From NCBI RefSeq assembly GCF_009914755.1, contig NC_060935.1: DNA of 64,000 nucleotides; one strand, 5' to 3'. The position numbers were made by a program, and so were the translations under genes. Below, one piece after another: positions 53,487-64,000 of the stretch. Source of the stretch: the human T2T-CHM13v2.0 reference genome, Homo sapiens. Under the pieces are notes generated by a model. That model saw only the letters and a list, made by a program, of their open reading frames with translations, searched no databases and had not been told where the DNA came from. Every line of letters begins with the position of its first letter. The stretch's first letter is position 1.

Positions 53487-55058
53487 TGAGCCCCACAACC
53501 ATGGGCCTCCCACCCTAGAGCCCTGCATGATTCAGGATATGCCTCCCTGCTCCTTCCTGCGGGTGCTGAACAGCAGAGCCGCCTCGGACTTGCCCAGTCC
53601 TCCCCATCCCACCCCCACTCCACCCCAGAGTGTCCTCCCATCCAGCCCCTGCCTCCAGCCCCAAACCTCCAGGAAGACAAATTTCCCTTCAGTTCTCCAG
53701 GGAATGGGATCTCTCTGCTTCCAGGTGCACAGTCTAACCTTGCACCTTCCACTGCCCAGGACACCAGGAGCACTCTGTGGACTCAATCCTCCCCAGGCCC
53801 AAGAGAGCTGAGGCACGTTCTTCTCTGGCCCCCCATGGCAGCTACAGCTTGAAGGGACTCAAGATAATCTGCAACCAACTTCCTCACTAGGGTAGGTACC
53901 TTGTATACAGCCTTGCTAACCAGGCTGTCCAGCCCCTGCTCATGCCTCCCCACTATGGGCAGGAAGCTCATCCCTGTCTCCCACGCAGCCCTTTCCCTAA
54001 GGGACTGCCCTGCCACCCTCACTTTGAGCCCAGATAGGCCTCCAGGACTGCCCCAAACCCCAGCACTGTCTCAGTACTAAGAGCTCAAAGAGAGATAACA
54101 GAGAAAGCCTTGAATGTTAGAACGGTGAAAACCTAAAAAACAACAACAAAAAAAAAACACGAAAAAAAAAGCAACTACTGCAAAGAAGAAATTGAGGCTT
54201 CCAGAGGAAGCCCCTCCTCTGGCCTCACTTCACCACTGGGCTCCTCTCCATCGAGTCTCCATGCTCCATGGAACAGTCGACTTCACACGTCCCCAGGAGG
54301 AATCTCACAGCATGCAGAAGCTCTGGTAAAAACTTCAAAGGCAGCCTCTGAGGCCCAGGAGGCATGGAAATAGCCAGGTGCAGGAGGTGGCTTCACACCA
54401 CAGACTTGGCTCTCCTCTGAGCTCCCCACCTGCTCTAGGGGCTGGAGGGAGGGCAGCCTTCCAGGTCAGACACTCCCCTCTCTGCTGCAAGCCCTATCAT
54501 CTCATCCTGGGTCCTGCTGGGTGACCTTGGGTTAATCACTGCACCTCTCTGAACTTCAGTAGTTGCATCAGTACAAGAGGACCGTGCTGGGAGTCCCTGA
54601 AACTCTTTAAGTGTGACCATTAAGAGTTCCTGGGGAGAATGGAACCTAGACACTTCCCAGCCATGTCTAGCTGCCCAATCCGATAGACTAGGACCCTGGC
54701 TGGCCCAACCTGAGACTGAACACAAAGCCTGACTCTGGCCCAGAGTCCCCTGAAGGAAGCCCAGCCCTTCAAGGGTCTCTACCTACAGGAAAGCGCGACC
54801 CAGGAGAAAAAGTATTGAATAGCCAGACATTAGGCGCGGCCTTAAAGGTTAGCACAGCAGGTGTCTGGGCCTTCACACACACATATCCCCTCATCCCTGT
54901 GCTCACATTGAGACACAGGCATCTGTATACACAGGGAACACACATACGGTTTCACTAGAACATATGTATATGGCACTCTACATACATGTACACACACACA
55001 AGCCACAGTCACATGCATATAACTGTTTACCAAAATCAGACATAAAGATGGACAGTCA

Positions 55059-55360
<302 letters not shown>

Positions 55361-55964
55361 GGACACTCACATGCTCACACATGTGAGTATGTTCACACTT
55401 TTATACGAACACTGACCCACACATTCTCACCCTCTCAGATCAGCATACACATATGCACAACTGGAAGCTCACATTCAGGTACACATACACACACTGAGAC
55501 ACAAGCAATATCCCCAGCACCTCAGTATCAAGCAAGTCATGACCCAAAAGAAACCCAGACCCCAACTGCAATGTCATTCTAGATGCATTTCCAAATCTTA
55601 GCCTGTCCCAGAACCATGAGGAGAAAATTTCCTCTGGCTTAACTCAGTATGTCTGTCCCTTCTGGTTGGGGTCCAACCTCTCCTCAGCCTTCATTCCTCC
55701 CAGTGCCATTTCAGCAGGGCCCTCATGTCCTGGGCTCAATGGAGGTGGAGAACAATGGGCTATCCTTCTCTCCATCCTTCATCTCTGCCACTTGTCCAAC
55801 ACTTCTACTGGCCCTTCAAACACAACGAAGATTCAGGCTGGAATGGACTGTATGTGACAGCACCCCCTTCTGGAGACATGTGATATTACAGCACAGCTCT
55901 ATGGTATAAAAGTCATCACTCCTCAGCCTGAGGCAGAGAGGAGTAGGAGAGAAAGAGGAAGATG

Positions 55965-56120
55965 AGCTGGGTGCAGTGGCTCACACCTGTAATCCCAGCA
56001 CTTTGGGAGGCCCAGGCAGGAGGATAGCTTCAGCCCAGGAATTTGAGGCTGCAGTGAGCTATTATGGCACCACTGTACTCCAGCCAGCAAGACACTGTCT
56101 CTATTAAAAAAAAAAAAAAA
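55965..56120 (+). mobile_element. Alu monomer (FLAM/FRAM-like) with A tail
   Basis: GCTGGGTGCAGTGGCTCACACC...CACTGTACTCCAGCC...A15. Confidence 0.85.
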
Positions 56121-56459
56121 GGGTGAGGGAAGAAGATGAAGGAGAGGAGAAGGAAGAAACTGAGAAGAAGCATGGAGGAGGGACAGCAGCAAAGTGCTGG
56201 GTGCACCAAGGATGGGATTTAGAAGCCTCAGTCTGACTTTGGTTTCTCCAGTTCAATCCATTCAGCCTAAGCTGCAAGACCAATTCTCTCAAAGCTCAGC
56301 TCTAATCAGAAAACCCTTGGGTGGATCCTGGTGGGCCACAACACAAAGTCCAAACTCTCAGCCTGGAATCAGCAGCTCTCTGCTCAGCTGTTCCTCTGCC
56401 GAGATGTCTCACATCCAACTTTAGTTGTCCACATCTTGCCTGTCTGCCATCTGGAACAG

Positions 56460-56650
56460 TAATGTATGGAAAGAGCAGGAGCTCTGGAAGCAGACAGATT
56501 TGTGCCCCAGGTCTGGCTCCACTGGCTGAATACCTGTGGGCAAGCGATTTCCCCTCCTGGATCCTCTGTTTCTTCATCCAGAAAACAGCAGTCTCTTGGG
56601 TTTGTGGTGAGGATTAAATGAGATCACAGGTGTGGAAACAGTGCTCAGGA
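56460..56650 (+). mobile_element. MIR hosting the MKKQR exon on the opposite strand
   Basis: TGGGCAAGCGATTTCCCCTC...CTGTTTCTTCATC...GTGAGGATTAAATGAGAT, the MIR core. Confidence 0.8.
56534..56577 (-). CDS. PDE2A: PDE2A alternative N-terminal coding exon MKKQRIQEGKSLAH(R)
   Basis: ATG at 56577, 44 nt to donor CACAG|GTATTC; phase 2 matches the 30554 acceptor (AG+G=Arg, then RGQQVF). The peptide matches my recollection of an annotated PDE2A isoform. Confidence 0.8.
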
Positions 56651-57229
56651 AGCTGTAAACTTCTGTGTGAACATGTGAGAAGTCGTAATTATGGCTTAAT
56701 ACTTCTATCCCTGCTCCTACCTGCACCCCCCAACACATAGCAAGCCAGGGGGTCCCTGAGGGAAGAGGTCGATGCTGCTTCACCTTTGGGCTCCACACAG
56801 CCCAGCACCCACCAGGGCCGGCCCTCGGCCAGCCTTGGCAGCAGGGTGTGGATTTGGATCAAAAGAGGCAGTACAAACTATGCTTACTGCAAATTCACAA
56901 CAGACTACAGCTCCCAGAATGGCTCACAGACTGCATGGGTGTGGCCACAGACTTAACCCCTTCTTCACCAAGCCCTTTCTTCCATTGTATTATCTGGGGA
57001 TTGGTCTCAGACCAGTCAGAACAACTTAATGAGGTGGCCACACTTCTCTGAGAAACCTCGGTCCCTCCCACAGAGCTTTGTGCTTCTCACCGTAGCCACA
57101 ACCACAGCTCTGTTTCAGGCCTCCTGGTCCCTCCCACACGATGACAGCCCTGAGCTCCTAGCTCTGGTCTCTCCCTCTCCAGGCCCCGCTAAATCTTTCT
57201 GAAAGTGTGGCTGATCGTGGGTGGTTCAT

Positions 57230-57440
57230 AATGACAGTAGCTAACCTTTGTGAGCACCTGCCGCATGCCAGGGGCTAAGCTCTGCACTTCCAGATTCTTC
57301 AGAATCATCCTGCCAAGAAAGGATAATTATCTCCACCCCACTATTCACACAAGGTTCAGAGAAGTTAAGTAACTTGCCCAGGACCACACAGCTACAGAGT
57401 AACAGTACATCTTTCAGTATGCTGAAATTTGAGCATAAGC
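57230..57440 (-). mobile_element. MIR
   Basis: CAGAGAAGTTAAGTAACTTGCCCAGGACCACACAGCTA. Confidence 0.7.
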
Positions 57441-60388
57441 CTGTCTGCCACCTTCTCTGCTCTATCTTCAAAGCCTCCTCTGCGCCCAAGGCAACCATCC
57501 AAAGAATGAAAGCCCAGAAATCCAGGGTCCACACATCTCAGCAACCACACTGTTGGGAAGTCCTCCCAGATATTTGACTCAAATCTGTTCTGCTGCACCA
57601 AGCCCCAGTTGCCTCCTGTTTTTCGGGGTGGGGGGGCAGTGAGAAGGGTGACTTCAGGGACTTCAAGAAGTGGGTCACATCACTGGGGACCTGGCCTTTC
57701 CCAGGGAGCAAGCAGCTGAACAATAGGAGATAAATGTGTGAAAACATTTCTGTTACTAAATATATCGACTTCCCAGGAGGACGAGGGTGCTGACAGGGAG
57801 CCCACGGCCACCACCCTGGAGGCCACAATCCTGTGTCTCAGAAAAGCTGGGGCGCTCCAAGGAGCAGACAAGGCTGTTCCGGCTGTCCTGGAGGCTGGGG
57901 CAGAGGGGGTAGGAGGCCGGCATAATAAGGGGTGATGGCTCATTTCTTCCAACCAAAGCTGCCAAGCCCTAGCCAGCTGATTTGCATATTGCTTTGTATT
58001 TGTTTGCACGCCACTTTCTGGAAGGGGCCCACATTCTTCAGCCACTGCTTCTCTCTCATTTCCAGGGTCTCTTTTGTTCACTGAACACCCCTTTCTCAAG
58101 CAAGGCTGGGTCCCTCAGCAAGCTCTGGTCACGAGCACCAGGAGAGACCAAGAAGTTGCAAACTTACAATAATGCCTACACATCAAGCCTGTTGGAGACA
58201 CCTTCACGGAAGAAAGTGCTTCCTACAGTCTAGGCTCAATTCCCCACTCCTCTCCTGCTCCACCACGGCCCAGGGCTTCCCCCCAGCCTGGCACTTCATG
58301 CCTAGGCCACTCTGAACTCCTATAGTGCTAAGTGAACAAAATCCTGCTTGCCCTTACCTTGAGGCCTTTGCAAATGCTCTTCCATCTTCCTAGTGCTGTC
58401 CCTCAACTCAGCCTGAAGTGGCTCTTCCTTATAAGGCCAGCCCCAATGGCCCCTCCTCCTAAATACCTTCCTGCGACATTAACACAGGTAGGAAAGACTC
58501 GGAGCTTCCATCCACGTGGTCACTGGCTCTGTCCATCTGCCCCCAGGGGTGTCATGTTTGGTAGGGCCAGTGAACGGCTGCTGAATGAATGAATGATGAG
58601 TCCTGATCTCCCTCCTCTGTTCCCTCTCCCTGGATGACTTCACTCACTCACCTATGGGAGAGTCAGAGGCTGACAGTGCCTCTGCCTCCAATTCCCCCTC
58701 TTGTCCTCTGAGACCCTCCCTTTCACACGTACAGCCCACTCTCATAAAACCAAGAGACTCACAGCCCTTCTGCATTGGTAGGAAGTTCTTCCTGCTGTCT
58801 GTCCTCACTCCCTTATTTGGCCATGCCTGCTTCTTTATCATTATTTTTGGAGAGGAGTCAGGGCCTGCACCCATCTCAGATTTTTGTTAATAAAGGCTGC
58901 GCATTTCTCCCACTCTCTGCCTAGATGTGTTCTTGCCACTCCTGGATCATTGTGCCCCAGCCTGGCCCTACTTCAGGGGACAGTGACACAGGACGGAGAA
59001 AGGACATAAGGCCAGGCTGGGTAGCCTGGAGTTGCTGGGCCCTGCGGAGAAGACCCAGGACAGATATAACCACCACAAGGGAAGGGCTGCCCAGGAGGGA
59101 AGAGATGAACATCCTATGTCCGGGGGTATGCAAACAGCAGGCTGGATAGATCTGCAGGGCAAGTTGTAGAGAGTACTAAAACAACTGCTAGAAAATGACC
59201 CAAACGCCCTTACTGTCTTCTCCCACCCAGAGGCTGCACTGAGTCAGGTGCCTAGCCCTGTGCCTTTCCTACCCACCTTCACAAACTGTTCCCTCTGCTC
59301 TTCCCTGCCTGGGTGATTCCTACCCATCCTTCAAGGTCCGGCTCAAATGTCTCTTCCTCTGAAGCCCAGGCTTGCTGTGGGCCCCCCACCTCCTACACAG
59401 CACTGCTCACCCTGTAGGGTTGCAGCTTTCCATTTCTTTCTCCTTCATCAGACTGGGCACTCCCTGAGAACAGGGACTCAGTCAGTGTCTGCTCTGTGTC
59501 CCCGGTGACAAGCCAAGTGGGCACCAAGCAGCTACTGAGAAGTTCCTGTTGAGTGGTTGAATGAATGAATGCAGCAATGGAATCATGCTGAGTCGGGAGA
59601 TTTCATAGGCCCAAGCAGCAGAAGCCCGGGGAGCGCAGGCCTGGCCTGACAGCAGCATGGCTGAGGGTGAGACTCCCAGTCCATTAAGACCAAGGGGTAA
59701 AGGACTGCTGGGAGCTCTTCCCCCCACCCCCGCCCCCACCCCCCACCATTTGGCTAGATCCCAGCCAAGCCATCAGCAGTCCCTGGGGACAGGAGGCTGG
59801 AGTGGGAAGCAGGAAGAGTGGCAGGAGCTGCTTGGTGGGCAGGGGGAATGACTGCGGGGGGTGGGGGTGCAGGGAGCATAAAGACAATTAACCCTCACTG
59901 AGCTGACCAAGCTCAGCAACCAAGAGGTTCCGGGCAGGGCCTGAAGGAGAATGATATTGAGGGTCAGGTCTGATGAAGAGGTTGAGCCCCAGCCTTGCAG
60001 CCAAAGGGTAGTGATGAAGCCATAGTCTCAGTTTCCCTGTCTGGCAAGAGATGGCTCCATGATCTCTGACCCTCTGCATCCTAGCTAGAAACACTACAAA
60101 GATCTCTCCCACTACCTCAGCCCACCCACGCCCAGCTTTCCTGAGCCTTCCATGAGCCTTTTCCCTCATGAGATCCTGACTTACTGAGATGTCTGCACTA
60201 CACCCCTGACCCCAGTCCAAGCCTGAGCCACCTAGACATTCCCTTCCCTGTTCTCATCTATCCAGCCTTTCCCAAGTTCTCAAAAAGCTCCAGAACTCAC
60301 TGACCCCTGTATTGGCTTGGCCTCCACTCTAGCCTCCTGGCCCCACCTCTCTCTTCCAGTTCAACCCAGACAATGCCACCGAGGCAGG

Positions 60389-60722
60389 TTTCTTTATTTT
60401 TCTTCTTCTTTTTTTTTTTCTTCTTTTGAGACAGAGTCTCACTTTGTCACCCCCAGGCTAAAGTGCAGTAAGGCAATCTCAGCTCACTGCAACCTCCACC
60501 TCCCAAGTTCAAGCGATTCTCATATTCTCATGCCTCAGCCTTCTAAGTAGCTGGGACTACAGGCGTGTGCCACCACACCCAGCTAATTTTATTGTATTTC
60601 TAATAGACACTGGGTTTCACCATGTTGGCCAGTCTCGTCTCAAACTCCTGGCCTCAAGTGATCCACCTGCTTCTGCCTCCCAAAGTGATGGGATTACAGG
60701 CATGAGCCACCATGCCTGGCCC
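60389..60722 (-). mobile_element. Older Alu (J/S)
   Basis: Full Alu with a small insertion; TSD GGCAGGTTTCT. Confidence 0.93.
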
Positions 60723-62373
60723 AGGGCAGGTTTCTAGAACCCAAATCTGATCATGTCTCTCCCCTATATAAAACCTTTCTGGGCTCCCCAGGGCTCTCTG
60801 GATAAAGCCTAAGAGTCCTGGATCTTAAAGTTCTATTGAATGTGGGTCCTGCCTGCCCCCCACTCTATACAGTGTCTTCACTGCTCCAGGACATGCCCAG
60901 CCCAGGGCCTTTGCTTATGCAGTTCCCACCCCACCCCCACCTGTTAGCATGACGTTGATCTCTACTGCTTAATTATTCTCAAGCTATTTTATGTCTAAGA
61001 AGCTTAGGAAGCCCCAGAGGGCAGAGTCATTATTGCCTATTTCTTTTCTGCATCTTTCCCACAGGGTGTAGAATGAATTGTCCTGAGTTCAAAGAGGCGG
61101 TCATACATTCAGCCCCTCCCTGCCCTGCATCAGTGGGCCATGGTGTCCCAGCTGTATCCTCAATTGCCAGGGGAAGGAAACAGCCACCCACACACACTCA
61201 GATGAATACACACATATAGATACACACACACACCAGCCACAGAAGCACCGATATACACACTAGCACCATGATCACACACCCACACCAGAATACTTATACG
61301 CACACAGCCACATCCACCTCCACACACAGCAATGCTATTATTCACACACTAACAAATACACACACATAAATGCACATGGAACAGATAAAAAATGCACACT
61401 GATTCACTCTATTTTGCAGACACAACACACATAATATACAAACTCAACCTAATAGACACACCTACATACATATGCAGACCAACCTGCACTCACACTCAGA
61501 CACATGCGAATAAACTCTCACTCACACAGGGATGATCACAAACTCTGACAGGCTGCTTTACATCCAACCACCAAGGACCCTAGAGCTCTACAGGCCCCTC
61601 TACACCCAACATGTCCCTTACATTCCACATGTATACACACACACACACACACACATACCCTGCCTACCACCTCGGCAGCCCTTAGTAGAGGGGTGTCGCC
61701 ACGGCGCCCCCCACTCACTTGCACATGCACCCCCCTGCACGTGGACACACACGAGGCTGGCACCATATTCCATCTGGCTCCGTAGAACCCTATCCTGGGA
61801 CAGACGCTTTGGGGTAAAGTTTCATAAAGTGGTGTCCCTGAACCCCAATTCCCAATTCCATGGAAGGTGGTTACCTCTAACCCTCTCTTGCTCCAGGGCC
61901 ACTCTTATTCATATTTTCTCCATCTTTCCCCCTCCCCACCTCCTTCACACACACATAGCCTTGGTGGGCCAAGACACTCTCCCTCTCCAGGGTCCTGAAC
62001 CAGCCTATTGCAGCCCCGAGAGCTCCTCCCAACTACTTGGCAGACCTCCCCCTCCCCACATACACCCTCAGCCCTTGAAGAACCGGTTCAGGTTCATTAT
62101 CAGCCCCTCCTCCAACCAGCAGCCCCTTCCATGGGACCCCAGCCTCATCACCTACTAGGTTGACGTTAGACACCCTCATTCTGCTCAGAGGTAACCTGCC
62201 CCCACCCCAGGCTGCAGTCTGGCAACGCGGGGAGGAGGGGTGCCCAGGAACAGGATCGATCCTTCCACGTGGCTCAGCTCCATGCCAACCCCAGCTCCTT
62301 GGAGGGACTCCCAGGACCCTGTCTGTGGCACCTCTCACAGCCGCTCACCACCCCAGCCCCTCACTATACTCAC

Positions 62374-62444
62374 GGCTCAGCCGGTCGCGCTGCCGGGTAC
62401 TGCTGGCTCCTGCAGAGGATGGAGTGGCCGCATGCCTGCCCCAT
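62374..62444 (-). CDS. PDE2A: PDE2A3 first coding exon (MGQACGHSILCRSQQYPAARPAE+CC); membrane isoform with Gly2 myristoylation and Cys5/Cys11 palmitoylation motif
   Basis: ATG at 62444 (GAGTGATGG); 71 nt ending at donor GAGCC|GTGAGT; phase 2 joins the 30554 acceptor to give ...AEPRGQQVF. Confidence 0.96.
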
Positions 62445-62660
62445 CACTCCTCATCGTCCGCCTCCCCAGCCAGACTAAGGTGGCACCTCGCCCTGTCCCC
62501 GCTGCCTGGAGTTCAGGGCAGGGCACCCCCAGCAGGCACAGGGACCAAGAGCAGTGGGCTGCCCCCTACTCAGCCTGGACTCAACACCCCAATCCAGCTC
62601 TGCTGCCCCGCTGCTCCCGCCTCTCCCGCTGCCACTGCCTCTGCTGCTCGGCTGGCTCTG
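62445..62660 (-). other. PDE2A: 5' UTR of the PDE2A3 first exon (upstream boundary approximate)
   Basis: CAG/GCG-rich sequence directly upstream of the ATG, preceded by a long pyrimidine tract; TSS cannot be fixed from sequence. Confidence 0.6.
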
Positions 62661-63050
62661 GGAGGAGGTTGGAGCAGGTCTGATAATGCAGAAGGGGGAG
62701 GGAGGAGGGAGGAGGAACAGAGAGAGGCCCAGACAGAGAGGGAGAGAGGGAGAGAGGGAGGGGTAGAGAGAGAGTCTGACTGGGAGAGAGGAAAAAAGAC
62801 TCACAGACAGAGAGACTGAGAGATAAACAGAGACAGGAAGGGGGACAGTAACACATGAAGAGGGAGAGGAGAGAGGGATCAGAGCCTTAGCGAGATCAAG
62901 ATGGAAGTACAAAGAGATCAGAGAGGCATAGAGAAACACACACACAGAGGAACAAAGGCAGAAAAGGAAAAAAAATCAGAGGCAGAAATAGAAAGAGAGT
63001 GGGGTAGGGGGAAAGGGGAGTGGCTGACAGAGGAGAGAGGGGAGAGGACG
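62660..63050 (-). promoter_or_regulatory. Putative distal PDE2A promoter with GA/CT-rich purine-pyrimidine tract
   Basis: About 350 bp of (GA)/(GGA)-rich sequence just upstream of exon 1; promoter role inferred from position. Confidence 0.5.
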
Positions 63051-64000
63051 AGGGATTTACAATCCTCATGGGCTAGGATGGGGCTGGGGACTTGAGGGGC
63101 AGCAGACCCAGACCCTCTGCTGCCCCATCGCAGAAGCCTTCAGGATGAGGGGACACGCTTGTGCCCTCAAGTCTGAGAGATCAGGCCTCCATGCACAGCT
63201 AGCTGCCCTCTCCTCTGGGCTCCCTCACCCGGTGTGTATCATCTCCTAGCGTGCATCCCAGCCTGGAGCTGGGTCCACGGAAGACTTAGGGGGCTTTACT
63301 GATGGCCTTTGGACTCAGAGCCTTGTCACAGGGCCCACCTCTTGGTGGCTTGGTTTAGCTGGGACTTGGAGCTGATGCGTGAGCATGGACTTCTACCAGG
63401 ATCTGTGGAGACCTAGGCCACAGCCTGCCCCACATGGCCTTCGCTGCTCACAGACTACAGGCATGGGGGAAGGCCTGTTGCACCCCCACCCTGCTTCCAA
63501 AGAGGACTCCCTAGGATAAAGCTATAACCTAGTGAAATAGAGGCATTTTAGGCCCTAGGACAGATAGAGAGTTGTCACAGCAGAGCTACTATTGTATGCA
63601 GGAGAAACAGCTCCACACCTTGAGGCAGGAAATGGGGATTTGGATCCTGGCTTCACCATTAACTTACTTATTCATTGGCCTACCAGTGGCTGAGCTCATG
63701 GCTCACACTATCCCTTGTCTCAGAGAAGCACTCGGGCTGGGGAGTGGGGAGGGGAGACTTGCAGGCTGTGACAGAAAGAAGCACAGGGTCTGTGAAGCCC
63801 AGAGGGACCCCTGACCTAGTTTGGGTGGTGGGGGGGCGGTTAGCAAGCATTTCTGGAAGAGAGGGTCCAAGCTGGGTCTTTTAAGGCAGAAGAGGGTATA
63901 TTCCAGGGTAGAGGAGCTACAGCAAACCCTCCACAGCAACCCCATCTCTCTGAGCTGTGGGGAGAATACCTCCCCGCCACACAACAGGCTTCAAGCAGAG

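Overview
GC-rich primate genomic DNA with Alu, MIR, L2 and L1 repeats, almost certainly human. I recognise it as the 5' half of PDE2A (cGMP-stimulated phosphodiesterase 2A), transcribed on the minus strand. It contains the exons encoding four alternative N-termini: exon 1 of PDE2A3 (MGQACGHSILC..., CDS 62374-62444), a MIR-derived MKKQRIQEGKSLAHR exon (56534-56577), the CpG-island exon carrying the PDE2A2 start (30604) and the out-of-frame PDE2A1 start (30500), and the 62-nt cassette that restores the PDE2A1 frame (19291-19352). All splice phases join correctly. The next common exon (DALLSLGS...) lies beyond the left edge. Intronic features are MIR139 (3279-3346), a U7 snRNA retrocopy, about 14 Alu/FLAM elements, L1/L2/MIR/MER5 fragments and microsatellites. 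Most ORFs in the supplied track are chance ORFs. I found no prokaryote-style novel system. The best candidates for undescribed biology are: (1) an overlapping uORF in exon 1 that is in frame with the PDE2A1 ATG, a possible reinitiation switch; (2) a non-Alu 179-bp inverted duplication, 94% identical, in intron 1; (3) a consensus RE1/REST site near miR-139; (4) a perfect 20-bp hairpin at an AluY target site. Gene, isoform and repeat-subfamily names come from recall and visual matching, not database searches.
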